DNA of 64,000 nucleotides from Schizochytrium sp. TIO01 (GCA_004764695.1 SMSO01000035.1:1178001-1242000), one strand, 5' to 3'; positions 49,185 through 62,874 are shown, counted from the first letter of the stretch. Notes: generated from the letters alone by a model not told the origin. Made by a program: numbers and translations.

Positions 49185-49975
49185 GATTAATAATTAACAT
49201 CTCTCTTTTCTTTCTCTTTCTCTCCTTCCCGACTTCGTCCAACAACTACAACAACAACAACAACAATTACAATTACAATTACAACCATCATTTGAAATCA
49301 TGCCCAATCAAGGAAGACCGCCGTTCTCTTGTTCTTCTCCGCTCCCCCCGCCAAGCACGCAGCCCTGTTCTTCTTTTGCTTCGCTGCGGCTCTGCCTGGC
49401 TATAGCTAACCCACCACCGCCTAGCGCACGATACGCCGAGCTGACTGATCTCAGTTTGCGATTGATTTGATAGAAGACAAGCCGCCATGGAGACCCGTCG
49501 ATCCAACGCGTACCTGGACAGACAGTCAGATTGATTGATGTCGATGGGTGGCATCGAAGACAGGCGAGGGAGCGAGATCTGAGCCGGAGAGGCACGCAGC
49601 TTGGTCGAGCTGCGGCGTGAGCGTATGCACGTTTAGATCATCTATCCCTCATGCGTCCATAGATAGATAGATAGATAGATAGATACATGCATGGCTGCCT
49701 GCCTGTATCCACACATACACACATACACACACGCACGCACACCCAGCTAGGTATGAATAATTAATTAGCTGGGTACAATTGGCTAGCTAGCTAGCTAGCT
49801 CCCTGTGCAACTACGGAGGCGTAGACGCATTCAGGGTGTCAGGCTGCGGCCGCGGGTGTGCTTTCATCGAGGCTCCTCGCTTTCTGGCCCAGCGTGATCT
49901 CGCGATTCCCTCTTTCTCGCTTCCGTGCTTTCGCTAGCGTTTGTCCTAGCGGCATTGGAGAACGCAAGCTGCTTC

Positions 49976-50007
<32 letters not shown>

Positions 50008-50888
50008 CTCTCTCTCTCTGCTTTCTCTGAAGAGCGAAAGGTGAGTGATAGTGGTTGATTTATTTTTAAAATTTAAAGTCGAAAGTTAAATAAATTGAAA
50101 ATTAAAATTTGGAGGAGAGAAGAAGGAGAAGAAGGAGAATCGCTCTGCTCGGTATCTATCTATCTATTTATTTATCTATGTATGGATCTATCTATCTATG
50201 ACAGAAGAGGCAGATACTGCTGCCTTTGGAACTTGAGGCAGCCGAGGAAGGATCGCGGGAAGTGGTATCCTTTCGCAGCGGAGAGAGGATCCTGGCCAGG
50301 CGGGCGGGCGAGCGAGCGGGCAGAGCGCCGCCTCTCCCAGGGTGCTCCTGATTCAGAGTCGATTGCCGGGACCGTTCATTGCCACGCGGAATTGGAATGT
50401 CTCCGGCGAGGGAAAGGCGAGCTGGGCGGCCTTTTGCATGCCTGCCCGCAGCTGTCTGTAGGCTATCTTTTGAAGTTCTTTCTTTCTTTCTTTCTTTCTT
50501 TCTTTTTCTGTTTCAAAAACAGAGAGAAAGAGAGAGAGAGAGATGTTCATGAGTAGGATGCAGATTTCACCCTTAGGAAACACCTAGTTGCGCGCTAGCA
50601 CCCTTACTTGTATTTTCTTTTTCTAATTGAAGGGGAGTTTCTGTTACCTCTTTTTTCTTCGTTTAGAGTAATAATAAATACTTTACTGAATGAAAAAGGG
50701 TTTGAAAAGCGAAAGGCCTGATGACACGTCTAAAAAAATAAACAAAGTGGAATGAAGGTGAAAATGAAAATGAAAAGGAGTGCTCTATTCATGTACAAAG
50801 TGGTTTCGATTTTGAAAAAGAGAGAGTAGAAGAAAATAATAAAAAGATGCCGCTGCTTGCAGGCGAAGTACCGTAGAAAGTACTTGAC

Positions 50889-50890
50889 GA

Positions 50891-50926
<36 letters not shown>

Positions 50927-50928
50927 AA
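50889..50928. repeat. (GAAA)10 microsatellite
   Basis: Seen directly. Confidence 0.95.
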
Positions 50929-52083
50929 TAACGAAAGGCCCCTGCTGCAACTTTTGGACAAAAGCAGAAGACTTGAAGTGAGGAGGAATACCAGGCGTAC
51001 TTACCTACTGTGCTGGCGACCATGGTTTTCAAAGGTGGTTCCGAATCCAACTTCAAGCGGAGAAGGACAGCCCACAGAGCAGCCAGCTCAGAGAAAGAAT
51101 AGATCAGTTGGGCCATTGTGGCATCCTTTCTTTCTTTTCTTTTAACTAACTTTTAAATAGCTAGTAGCAGCTGCACTGGCACGTACCGACGGCTCTGATT
51201 GACTCACTGCTTGATTGATCATCAATGATTGATCGCAATAGATAACTGTCGAGGTGTGCCTGAGTCAGTGAGTGTGATAGAGGTATCTGTTACCGAGTCC
51301 AATCTATCTGTTACCGTGTAACGAGTTTGGCTCCCTTCGAACTGGCGATATTGACGTGAGCGAGTTCAACTTGCAGCTATAGATAGGATGACGGGGGGAC
51401 GATCATGCGTCATGACAATTGTGCTCCACAAGTCCTACATGGTTTCTCTCAAGGATGGCTTAGTCTTGCCAAATAAATGACATGATGAGGAAAACCTTTT
51501 ATCATCCTTCTTTCATATTTTATTTTTTTTTTTAAATTTAAATAAATATAATAGCTTCTTCAATAAGAACATGAAAGTATATCTGACTAATAGAGCTGTG
51601 ACAGCCGATTACGACGAATGCAGAGGCGCTAGTGAGTAGTAGTGGGTGCTCTAGGAGGGTGGCGCCTGATCTTTCCTGGAAAGCCAACTGGCTTCTCTTA
51701 TATACAACCCTTCTAGTCTAGCGAATATTGGACCCTCCCACGGCTTCGGTTGGAGAGGTGAGTGAAATGAGAGCTCTGTCTTTCTCTGTCTCTGTCTCTC
51801 TCTCTCCATTCTAATCAGTCAGTTCTCCTGAGTGTGCTTTGAAAGTTGACAGAGTATTCTTTTCCGTCCTCTCTGGTTTTCTAATTATTTCTTTTACTAT
51901 ATATATTTTATTTTATTTTAAAACAAATTGAAAATATTCCGAAGATAAAATTGCTATTTGAAAAAATGCAGTCTTTTACTTAAATTGCATTCTTTTCTTT
52001 TATTTTCAGGGGGGAAATGAAGAAAAGAAAAAGCTGGCAGAGGCGCCAATTGGAAGGCGGAAAAGGGCGACTTGAACTAGAAA

Positions 52084-52140
52084 AAAGGAAGAAAGGAAGA
52101 AAGGAAGAAAGGAAGAAAGGAGGAAAGGAAGAAAGGAAGG
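52084..52140. repeat. (AAAGGAAG)~7 polypurine octamer repeat
   Basis: Seen directly. Confidence 0.95.
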
Positions 52141-52500
52141 AAGGGAGCGACTAGCCATAGCCGGGCTAAGCCTGAGGGGGTCTCTTTTTAGCTGCTGCAG
52201 CTATGTTTATTATGCTGCCACACGAGGATTCAGCAGGAAAATGCAACTGCAATGAAAAGCTTTGAAATTCGGAACTCCCGAATATTCGAATTGATCAGTC
52301 GGTCGGAAACGGATTCAGTTTCAGTCTCACGAGTCGGGGTCTCACTTTAGAGCAGTATCTTGCGAGGCTGGGATGGTCATGGTAAGCCTTCTTAGACGCA
52401 CTCAAGGACTGCGCCGCTTCGGAAAAGAAGAAAGAAAGAAATAGATATGAATAGACATGAAAGAAATAGAGAGAGAGATACTGCAACGAAGGAAAGGATC

Positions 52501-52533
52501 AAGAAGAAGAAGAAGAAGAAGAAGAAGAAGAAG
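52501..52533. repeat. (AAG)11 microsatellite
   Basis: Seen directly. Confidence 0.95.
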
Positions 52534-53857
52534 AAAAGAAAAAGCTCGCGCGAATTGCTAGCGCCAAGGTTGTTGAACTTTGAGAGGCGGTTGAAACAAA
52601 AACACAGCTCGAGCTTATTCGGCGCCCTTTCCCTTGGAAACCTCATTTTTTTTTGCAGTCTGCGAACTGAATGGAGCGCGATCAGCGTCGTCATAGTAGG
52701 ACCCGTAAGAGGAGGGCCAAAAAGGAGAACCTCACGAACTGGCTGATGGGCGGGCGGAGAATGAAAAAGAACAGTCAGTAGATAGATGGATAGATGGGCC
52801 GACCGCTTAAACTTTCGCGTTCCTGTCACGGTTGGCCTTCGGATTGGAGGTGGAAAAGATGCTACCACCTAGCGGGAGGAGGAGAAGGTACGCATCTCCC
52901 ATGTAGACGGACGTGCGGAGTCCGGAACCAGCAGGGCCTTGATAGTGCTTGACGACAGTGCGATGGATTCTGCAGGATGATCCAAATTTAGGCGCGTCCG
53001 AAAACCCGCAGCGGATGCAAATTGCATTGCATTTGACCTCTCTTTCAAAGCTCTCGCGTCGACCCATCTTTAGCCCTCATCCCAGCAATCCTTAGGATGG
53101 AATCATTCATATCTAACTAACTTACTATTTTACTTTCTCACTCTCTCACTCACTCGCTCGCTCGCTCGCTCTCTCACTCACTCACGTGCTTGCTTACTTA
53201 CTTACTTACTCACTCACTCACTCACTCACTCACCAACAAAGCGAAGAGTGAGCACACGCCCGCTCTATTCGCGAGTATGGAGAAGCGAGAAGAGCGCTTG
53301 TTTCCAGAAAATGGCACTTCTCGAGGCAGCGAGACGGTGCTAGGCCCGGTTACCAGCTCGGTAGGCAGCCAGCCAGCTGGTGCCTCTTAGGCCGCCTGCG
53401 TGAGGGAGAAGTTGATAACGTCGTGAGAGAGGTACGATGTTGCGATCAAAGAAAAAGGGATACGGTGATGTCAACAGTATCTCCCTCGCTTGAAAGTGAG
53501 CAATTGAGGCGCCGTGCCAGTTGCCACCTTCCTTGCGGAAGAGATGGAGGTGAAATCAATCTCTTGCAACTGTCGGCCTCGAGATCTTCTTCGTTGGGCA
53601 AACTTGGATCTGCCAGTCGAAGCCTTTGAAAAGGATATGGCTCGTGCCTCGTGCGCCCGAGTCGGGTCACCCACAATTTATCCTGCCAGCTTGCTTTGCC
53701 ATCAGCGAGCAAGGGACTTCAGGTAACTAGTGTTGTATTGAAATTCGCTTTCAAGACGAAAACAAATCCAGGAGCGAGCTAGTACAGGCGAGGTCTGTCC
53801 TGCAGCTGTGATTCTCAAGAGAGAGGTGGTCGCCAGTTGCCGCGTGAAATGTGACTC

Positions 53858-54997
53858 GAAATGACGAGGACTTGATTAATTTAAAATTAATTAAGATTAT
53901 TCATTCTTTGGAATCTGAATCCGCCGCAACTGGGCTTACCATAAGCGCGTATCTTCATGGTAATTGTCGGCTCGCGTTGTGGTAGCCTCGCCTTTGGTCA
54001 GTCGACCAGTTTTTGTCCTTCTCCGTTAAAATGCCAAGTTAATAAATAAAAATGTGCAACAAACAAATACAGAATATAACCAAATCATACAATTAAACAA
54101 ACCAACCAACCAACCAACCAACCAACAAACAAACAATCAAACAAAACCAAAGGAAACAAAACAGTGCAAAGCAAATAAAGAAAACAAACTAAGGAAACAT
54201 AAACAAAGAAAACAAAACAATGCAAAAAAGCAAATAAAGGAAACAAACTAATGAAATGAATTATACAAAAAGAGGAAGCAAACAAAGAGAACTGACCACG
54301 GAGTAACCAACTAACCGATTGCCCAGATTGACGAACAATGAGCTGGAATCCGGATCTGCTCTGCTCGTCTGGCGTGCACATTTCGAACGGTGGCTTGTTG
54401 GTTAAGAAACACTCTTGTTCACTCTTGGCTCGTGCTGTTTTACTCATGTCACTTGTCATTACAGGTTCGTACCGGGTGCCATTTCAAGATACTGTTGTAG
54501 TAGGCTAAACCATTTGGGGTCGGGAGACAGCCCAAGACGGCGGAGATTGGACTGGAACTCGAAGCTGTTTACAATGTGATATCCTTTAGGTTACCACGGG
54601 TACTTCGATTGCTTCTGGCTAGCTAGCTATCTGGCTGACTAGCTGATGATATGAAGTGCATGCACTCGCATGCTTGAGTTCGCAGAAACTTTGATGGTTT
54701 GAACAACTAAGCCCGAGTTGACTCGTGTTTTACTAGACAGTTAAACTTTTGTAGTGATCTTTTCATTAAGAGCTTTTGGATATCGTTAGGCAGGCGTAGC
54801 ACGAAATGATGACGAGGAATTTTCGAAATCTGAATCCGTTTCGCGACTTGGGCGCAATGAATTTGACCGAGTCATAGATAGCATCGTAAGGCGGCTTATC
54901 TCGTAATATTCATCGTCATCATGCGTAGTAGTCGCTATTCAACTAAGGGCTGTTGATGACGAGGAAATATTCAGAATTCGGGTCCGTTCCGAGAGTC
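53858..54997. repeat. Dispersed ~45-bp repeat family (ATGACGAGGA...GAATCCG), 3 direct copies and 1 inverted partial copy
   Basis: Copies at about 53858-53935, 54801-54853, 54954-54997; inverted at 54898-54926. Confidence 0.7.
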
Positions 54998-57900
54998 TGA
55001 ATTAGTATGTATGCAAGACAGTTCATTTTGTCGAAGCCTTGATCTTTTGTTGGCCTGTTTGCACATCATGAGGTTTCGCCGTGCTCCCTGGTCCATCTAA
55101 TGGGTCCCTACTCATTCATTTGGGAACCGATCTCTCTGCAAGCATGTGTGAGCCACACATTTCTCAACCGATGGGATCGATCAGTCGATGCATTCGAAAT
55201 GTATTCTATGATAAGGCTTAATCATCCTCCTTTGATTTCTTGTTTATTTTAAATTAAAAATAAATAAACTATCGAAAGGATAATCTACACGATTTGGGCT
55301 CATTTGAAAATTCAGGCAACCTGAACGATGATTTATTTTTTGTTAAAAATCTTCAAAGTAAATAATAACAAAATAACAAAATCTACATTTAGTATTCTAC
55401 CAATAAAAATTCGCTACTAACTTGCATTAAATTCCTCCACCGCAAACTGCCTGGTGACTCATTTGCAATTCTAACTGCTGGCGCAAAGTTAATTAAAAGT
55501 AGTGAACAAGCCATTTCGTACGATTCTGACGTGTCATGAATCGTCCTCGAGCCTTATAATCGGCGGATCACGCATTTGGCCAATTCTGCGCATGGCCCAG
55601 CCGTTGCGAGACTCCAGGATACCTTTGGTGTCCACCGAGCAAACCAAAGCAAACCAAAGCAAATCACAACCGCCAGGTCAAAGACATGGTTCCCTGGCTC
55701 TCTGCCCTTGCAGCAAACTTTCATGTCATCAACTTGGCTGCGCTTTGCAAGCCTGGCTTCGCTCGGGGTGTCCCTCGCTCAAAGGACTCGGGGCACGGCC
55801 TCAGAGCGCCTCTAAGCCATCTCTACAGTTCCCCTCCCTTTCACATCACATCACATCATCCCATCTTTAAAATTTATTTCCCTCGGCGGCGCTGTGAACG
55901 ATGAATCCGGCGTAGTGCAAATACGAGCACGGTGAGAATAACTGGGATAACCTGAGCAGGCGTGCCGATATTCCGGGAACGCGCTCTTTTGAGAAAGCAG
56001 AGCCCCTCTCGCTCTGTTAGGATTTTCAGGGCACTCTCTCACTCTGTCCCTCCCTCTCACACTCTCACATACATTACATTACATACGTACATACAAACAG
56101 ACCGACAGACAGAAGCCCACGGTCCCTCCCCCAAACAGGGATAGATAGCGAGGTAGGGCTCATTTACTTGTCCGAGAAACGTGCCTGCTGTTTCCCGGAC
56201 AGCTGCTAGCGGTGCTAAGTAAGTAGGTACGTCGAAGGCGCTTTCTTCTCGCGGCTCCGTGAATCGCTCGCTCGTCCTCACGAAGCCTCAAGCGGCTTTG
56301 GGGCCCCTTTTCATTGAAAAGCCGCCTCTGAGAAGCCTTTGTGCTTTCCTTTCCTGATCTCTGTCATTTTGAGAAGAGGAGAGGGGCCCACAGAGATGAA
56401 AAGAAATGAAATGAAAAGAAAAGAATGAAATAAAAAGAAATGCAGTGACATGAAAGCGGCAAACCTAAAGCAGCAGGCAGGCAGGCAGGCCAATGCGGCG
56501 CCTCTTGTCCGCCTCGCTAGAAAGCAGCAGCTGCCTTTCCACGCGTGTGCCGGTGTGATGAGGGTGAGTGAGTGAGTGAGTGAGCGTTGCTCTGCTTCAA
56601 TGCCTCCTTCCTTCGCAGCGGAGCCTGCTCGCGCGTTCCCTAGTCGACAAGGGGCCCGCCAGGGTTTGGATCTGCCGCCGGCCTCGCTCCTCTGTAAGTT
56701 AAGAAAGCAGGAAATGCCAGGACTTACAGCTCCTACTGGCTGGCTAGAGGTGCGCTAGCAAGCGAGGCTCTGTGATGAGGCTGGTTCGTGAAAGAGGCGT
56801 CTTCAAGTCCCTCGCGTGCGTGCGTGCGTGCGTTAGATTGGCTTGGTTTGGTTTGGTTTGGTCTGGCTTGGTTTAGTTTGTTCTGCTTCGATTTGCTTCG
56901 GATGTTTCGCTCGTTCGTTTCTTGGCGTGGAAAGACTCACTCGTACTACTGCTCTCTCGCGAACCAGCATGCACGAAAGCTTCTTTCTCTTAGTTGGCCT
57001 TGTTTCTTTTCTCCTTGTCGCGGTTTTTGTTCGCCCTGAGTTATTTCACTTTGAGCTCTTGTTATTTCCTGGCACGAGGAAGGTACTTAGGCAGTTCTTA
57101 TTACTCGCTCTAGGGAGAATTCCCCCATAGCTGCCAGGAAGGAGACCAAATTGTTTTATTTGCCTAATGGCACAGTGCTTCATTTATTTACTTACTCATT
57201 TGTTTGTTTGTTTGTTTGTTTATGAAGTAAAAATAGATTAGAACAGAATACAGAATACAAAGATAAGTAAATATAAGTAAAGACATATAAGGAAATGAAA
57301 ACTGGCGATCGAGTTGAAGGTTTTTGTGACTCGAAACTAGTCTTTGAAAAGAGATCCCGCCGTGACTGCCTACTGACTGATGGCCAAGAGGTTACCAGTA
57401 CCTACCTACCTGCCACAGACCATCGACCTAAACACTGTTGGACGAGTGAAGTGATGCATCAACAAATTTTAATCCATGAATGAATGAATGATTGAATGAG
57501 CAACGAACGAATATTGAGGCAGCAACGTACTAGCAGGTGCAGGTAATTATAGATCGTGCAAGAAGCTGGGCAAACAAATTCTCAGATGTAACACACTAGT
57601 GCACTGGTAGAGTTTCTGGTAGGTGGAAAGCGGGTCTGACTTTGAACCAGGGAACTCTCCAATGCTACCGTTAACTATAGTAGTATCAGTTTCCCAGGCC
57701 CTGCTCTTCCTGGCGTCCGCCTCCTCTCTCACTTTTTAAAAGTTAAAAACTTTCATGTAGGCTATCCAGGAAAGAAAGAAGGCAAGAAAGATAGCAAGAA
57801 AGGACACAAAGCCCTCTGAGGTCTCTCAAAGTGCATCGCCTTTTAGTAAAAACTTTTAATAAAGGCAAGCTTAGATTCTTCTTAATGGCTGTTTCTCTTT

Positions 57901-59388
57901 TGCGAGCGATCGATTGATTGCCACTACTACCACTACTATGATAACAGAGCCTAGCTGACTACTAGCTACAGGCAGAAGAGGAGCGAAAGGAGAGACCAAG
58001 AAAGCAATCAGAGTTGATTCTTCTATCACCGACGGAAAAAAGTAAATAAAAAAAAGTAAAAATAAAAAATATAAATTATATATATATATATAAGTTTCTT
58101 TCAAACCTCCCATCTTCCAAAGAAGCAAGGAAGTCCCCAGCAGCGATGGTGAATGGCAGAGGAAAACATGAAAGAACACGCGCCCTACCGGCTCTACCAA
58201 GACTGCCTGCGCAGAAGCCCCTCAGAGCTGCTCAGAGCTGCTCGCTAGCCTCTGCGTACGGCAATTTGACGAGCCGGAGGTACTTCGATCTGCTCGCTCT
58301 GCACCACACCGAAGCGGCTTCTCCAGCGCAGAGTCCGTACGGACATCGATCGTAAGATCATCGTATCATGCGTGCAGCCCAGAACGCACTCGCAGTGTGA
58401 GTTTGAGTGATACTATCTCTGATTTTAAAAAGTTTGGGGTTTAATTTAAAACGTTTTAATTTTTTAAATAGTGCCTCAGTAAAATGTTTCCTTTGAAAAG
58501 TGTTTGCCTTTTATTTATTTATTTTTTTAATGTACATTGAGAATACACAGTACGTTTTGGGACTACGTACTCCTATGGTTGCTTTTGTTTTAATCTTAAA
58601 AAGAAGAAAACAGTTTTTGTCTTGAAAATTGCTTTTTAATCTGCGAACCTGTTTTCGACTGGTTGAATTAAGAAATAGCAATCAGTGCGATTGATATTAA
58701 AAGAATGGTATCCTCAATACACTAGGCATCAGAAGCGTGAGCTGTAACAAGGAACTCTCGGCAAAATGATCCCCGGCTATACCTAGCTAGCCATAGATTA
58801 GGAAGACCACCTACTACCAGATACACTAGCACGTGACGCCGAGCCTTACGAATACTGACTGAGTGCTCCTTCCCAGCGCCCAGAAAGAGATAATGAATGA
58901 ATGGAATGCATCCTATGTATCTATGTAAGTATTTATGGGCAGTAATATACCAAAGGATTGATTGTCCTATCAATCAGTCAGTCAGTGATCTCGAATGAGC
59001 TAGCTATCTAGCTAGCAGAGCTAGTACCTCATATCTCGCTAGCCAGCTATTGTTCTTGTTTCAATTTGTTTGTTTGTTTGTTTGTTTAATTTCTTCGAAG
59101 TTGAATGACTCTGCGGCTGCGGCGACTTTCTCGGCTGAAACACTCGATGGAGCCACAAAATAGCTCAAACCAGCAACTTATTCTTCCTCCTCCTCTGCTC
59201 TCTCGCCAGGCCATTGGCCGCGAGTTAGTTTGATCCTTCACTGCGCAAGGCTAGCTAGCTACCTATCAGGCGAGCTGGCCAAATCCATATATTCTTCAAT
59301 GTTTTATAAATAAATAAATAATATATATATATATGTTTTATTTCAAAATACTCATATATTACCACAATCATCAATAGATGAAGATCCT

Positions 59389-59413
59389 GCTAGCTAGCTA
59401 GCTAGCTAGCTAG
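59389..59413. repeat. (GCTA)6 self-complementary microsatellite
   Basis: Seen directly; shorter runs at about 49782, 54618, 58998, 59250. Confidence 0.95.
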
Positions 59414-61506
59414 AGATAATAAACAAAGAGCATTACTCCAACAAACAGTAAGCACCAAATCAACACTTCTTTCTTTTGTTTAAAACAGGAGATACGTCGA
59501 ATAAGGAGAAGAAGAGTAAAGAAGAAGAAGAAGCAGCGGGAGCACGCGCCCTATTCGAGACAGACGTGTGAGCAAATCAACACAAAGAAAGAAAGAAAAG
59601 AAAGAAAGAAAGAAAACAAACAAATAAGGAAACAAAAGAACAAAGGAACGAAAGAACATATCTAAGATACGAATGAAGGTGGGGAGCCCGAGATATCCGG
59701 TCCAGCGGTATCCATCCATCCATCCACTCATCGTCTCGGACCGCGCGAGCCTGCTCCAAGCCGGCTGCGGCGGCCCGCTGACCCGCCTCGGACGCATGCA
59801 GAGCCACGGGTCTACGCATCTGCCTGCAGCCTCGCCCAGCCCCCTATTACCTCCGCCCATCTCCGTGACCTCCTTCAAGTTGGGACTTTCCCGCCGCCGT
59901 CCATCTCCGCGGCAGATACATAGAAAGATAGAACGATAGAAAGATAGAAAGATAGAGAGACAGAGAGACAGAGTTAGGCTAAGCCAAGCCAAGCCAAGCC
60001 AATAAGCGCTCTCCTCTCTGCCTCGAAACCAATCTGTCCAAAAGCCTCGAAAACCGAGTCAGTCTATCACCTGTCAGTCTGTCAGTCTGTCAGTCTGTCA
60101 GTCAGTCTTTCTATCTTTCTATCCCTCGCGCATGGCGGCGGCGGCGATGGACGCCTCCGTCCCGGAAAACGCGAGAACCCGGATTTCCGGCGCTTCAGCG
60201 AAGCCATTTCGAACCGCGTCTCGCGCGAGCTCGTTCCAGCGGATGGATCCGACGAAGGCATGAGAACTATCGTGGCTGCGGTCAGAGGCAGAGAGAGAGA
60301 GACAGACGGCGCCAACTGACGGACAGAGAACGAACTCGCCAGCCCTTGTCAGTTTTGTCTGTCTGTCTGTCTGTCTGTCTGCTTACGTGCTGCTTGCTGC
60401 TTGCTACGTGCTGCTTGCTGCTTGCTTGCGAGCCAGTTGACCCACCGGGTGAAGTACCGAGTTCTTTCTTGGCGAACGGCGGAAACAAGGCGACGGAGCG
60501 GTGTCCATGCGAAGCGAGCAGGCAGGCGGATGAAGAAGCAAGACACAGGAGGTGCTACGTGCATGCGTAGGAGAAGGGTAAGAGAGCGAGAGGTGGCGCC
60601 ACCTCCTGCGTAGCAATGCACACACAGACAGACAGACAGACAGACACAGCCTAGTTGCGGGTAGATAGATGCTAGCTAGGCAGGGCGGCAACGGCTGCGG
60701 GGAAGACATAATATAAGGAGAGGAAAGTAGAAGAACGATCTGTGCGGAAGGCATGGCAACTTGAACGTCACAGGATGGCTGGCGATGCCTCGAACCCGTG
60801 GCCGTTGCTTCGTAGGATCTTGGGCAACTTTGGGGACTTCAGCATGATAGTACGCAAGACGGAGAGGAGTCCTTGGTATTGTTATCCAGCTGCCGGATAG
60901 ACGAGTAGATCAGGTAAGACCTTGCAGTTGCTTTCATCAAGGTTTGTGGGTTCTGCTCGCCTTGTAAGGGGTTAGCTGATCGCCAGTAGGAACTAGAGTT
61001 TGTACTGGTTTATTTTGATTAAACAATTAAGGACTCTTGTTTAAGCCAAAACAACCAATCACTCAATACTGGGAGGGACTAAATACTATCCTATCGGTTT
61101 GTACGGAGGACCAACACATCTGAGCACCTAGGTAGGCAGGGAAACAAATGGACATTCGCTGCTGCCTGCCTCTAGAGGCGCGCTCTAAAAGCTGAATATA
61201 AATAGGCGTCAGTTAAGCAGCTTTTCCAATTCCAACTCAAAGTTGATGAATAAGGAAGGAAGCTGGTGCATATATACTCTTGAGTATAAAACCTTTGAAA
61301 TTGACGATGCCAAACCCACTCAAGCGAGCAAGCAACAGAGCCTAGCAGGTCCTAGGCTAGCTTCTACCTCTCACCTCTGTAGCAGTACTATGGGAAGGCC
61401 TACCTGCGAACCTTTCACTAGACACTTCTAGCAGGAGCGTAGGAGGTCGCGTTCTGTGGTTGTTTGGGGTTGCGCAGTTGGGAAGGGATGATCATTCACA
61501 ATCCGC

Positions 61507-61538
61507 GATTCGTGATTCGTGATTCGTGATTCGTGATT
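61507..61538. repeat. (GATTCGT)4 heptamer repeat
   Basis: Seen directly. Confidence 0.9.
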
Positions 61539-62802
61539 TTGTTTGTGCAGGCACTAGGTAGTCTCGTGCGTGCAAACAGTTCAGCTGCGCCAACGTTTAA
61601 TCCAGCACTGCAGAGGCGTCGCAGACCTCGCGTGTGTTGAGCTGGCTGGCTGGTGCTGCGTTCACGCAAGAAGCTGCGCAAGGAGCTGCGCAAGCTCGAA
61701 ATGGAGCAGAGAAATTCAAATCTTTGGGAGACGAGGTTCAAGCGTGGAAGGCCTCGATGAATGAAAGAACTCGGCGCGGAGACCCACTCGCTACGCCGCG
61801 GGCCCTACGCTTCCGATGACTCCCTTGAGCAATCGACCAGCCTTATGCCGCGTCGTGCGTGAGTCTCCCTGCCGTCGTGTTTTCGTTGGGTTTGGCTGTG
61901 TCTCCATCGTCTTGGTTGCCTGCCTTGTGGCCAAGTTCCAGGCGGGTCTTCCTGGTTCTCAGAGCAGCACCTTCGCGGTCACGGTCTCGGCTGCTCGAGG
62001 GAGCGAACGAGCGAGAGAACCGGATAGATGGGTTGATAATTCGATGGAGTGAGGATGTTTCGATAGACTCGCGGAGAGAGATATTGTGGATGAACCGGAC
62101 CGCAGGAAAAAGCCATCTATCGACTTGCCTGCAGAGCAAAGGCGAGGAGGAAAGACCTCGACGCTGGTCTTTGTTTGTCTCTTGGGATTTACAGCTCCAG
62201 GGATCCTGAGGACACTGTTTTAGAACAAAGCCCAAAGCCCTGCGAGACCAGGCAGGCAGCAGGCAGGCAGGCAACCAATCGGCCACGCCACCAAGCGACC
62301 CCATACCATTCAATTTTAGCGGAAAAGGCCTGCGCGGCTAGGGTCTGAATTATTCTCAGATCGGATCGCAACTTATGGCTGGCTAGCTGGCTAGCTACAT
62401 GGTAGCTGCACAACTGGCAGCTCGCTTGGGTACTGCAGCAGCAGGGTTGTCAAGAGCCGTGAGGCAGTCTTTCAGAAGTGCTTTTAAGGAGGTAGTCCCA
62501 GCTGCTTTTGTGTTCCCTTTCCTTCTTACTCCTTCTCTGAAAGTAAGATAACAGTTGTTCTTTTTATATTTGGTTAGAGTAGTAGTGTCATAATAGTTAA
62601 TCTATACAATTACATTTAAAATATTAAAATTCTAAAAAATATAATGAGAAGAGCTAACAACATTATGATAGCGTGTGTGTGTATATTGGAACCTCACTAT
62701 CTTTAATAGTAGGAAGGTAGGGACCACCAAAAGAGAGCCTTCTCTTCCAACCAATCCCGAATGGTTCGAAGGTAGCGCAGTGAAAAAAAATGAAACTAGA
62801 AT

Positions 62803-62874
62803 TGGACACATCGAGGATTGAACTCAAGACTTTCTCAATGCAAATGAGACGTGCTACCACTGCACCATGCGCCC
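62803..62874 (-). tRNA. tRNA-Ala(UGC)
   Basis: Identical 72-nt copy. Confidence 0.97.

Noticed and set aside
53861-53900. SECIS-like ATGA...AA...GA hairpin
   Set aside because: Quartet geometry does not fit and there is no upstream UGA-containing CDS
54640-54720. Hammerhead-like CTGATGA...GAAA
   Set aside because: Could not build stems I and III around the core
43580-62450. Numerous 60-170 aa ORFs in the microsatellite domain
   Set aside because: Mostly translations of simple repeats or GC-rich stop-poor stretches, often with non-ATG starts; no codon bias or domains
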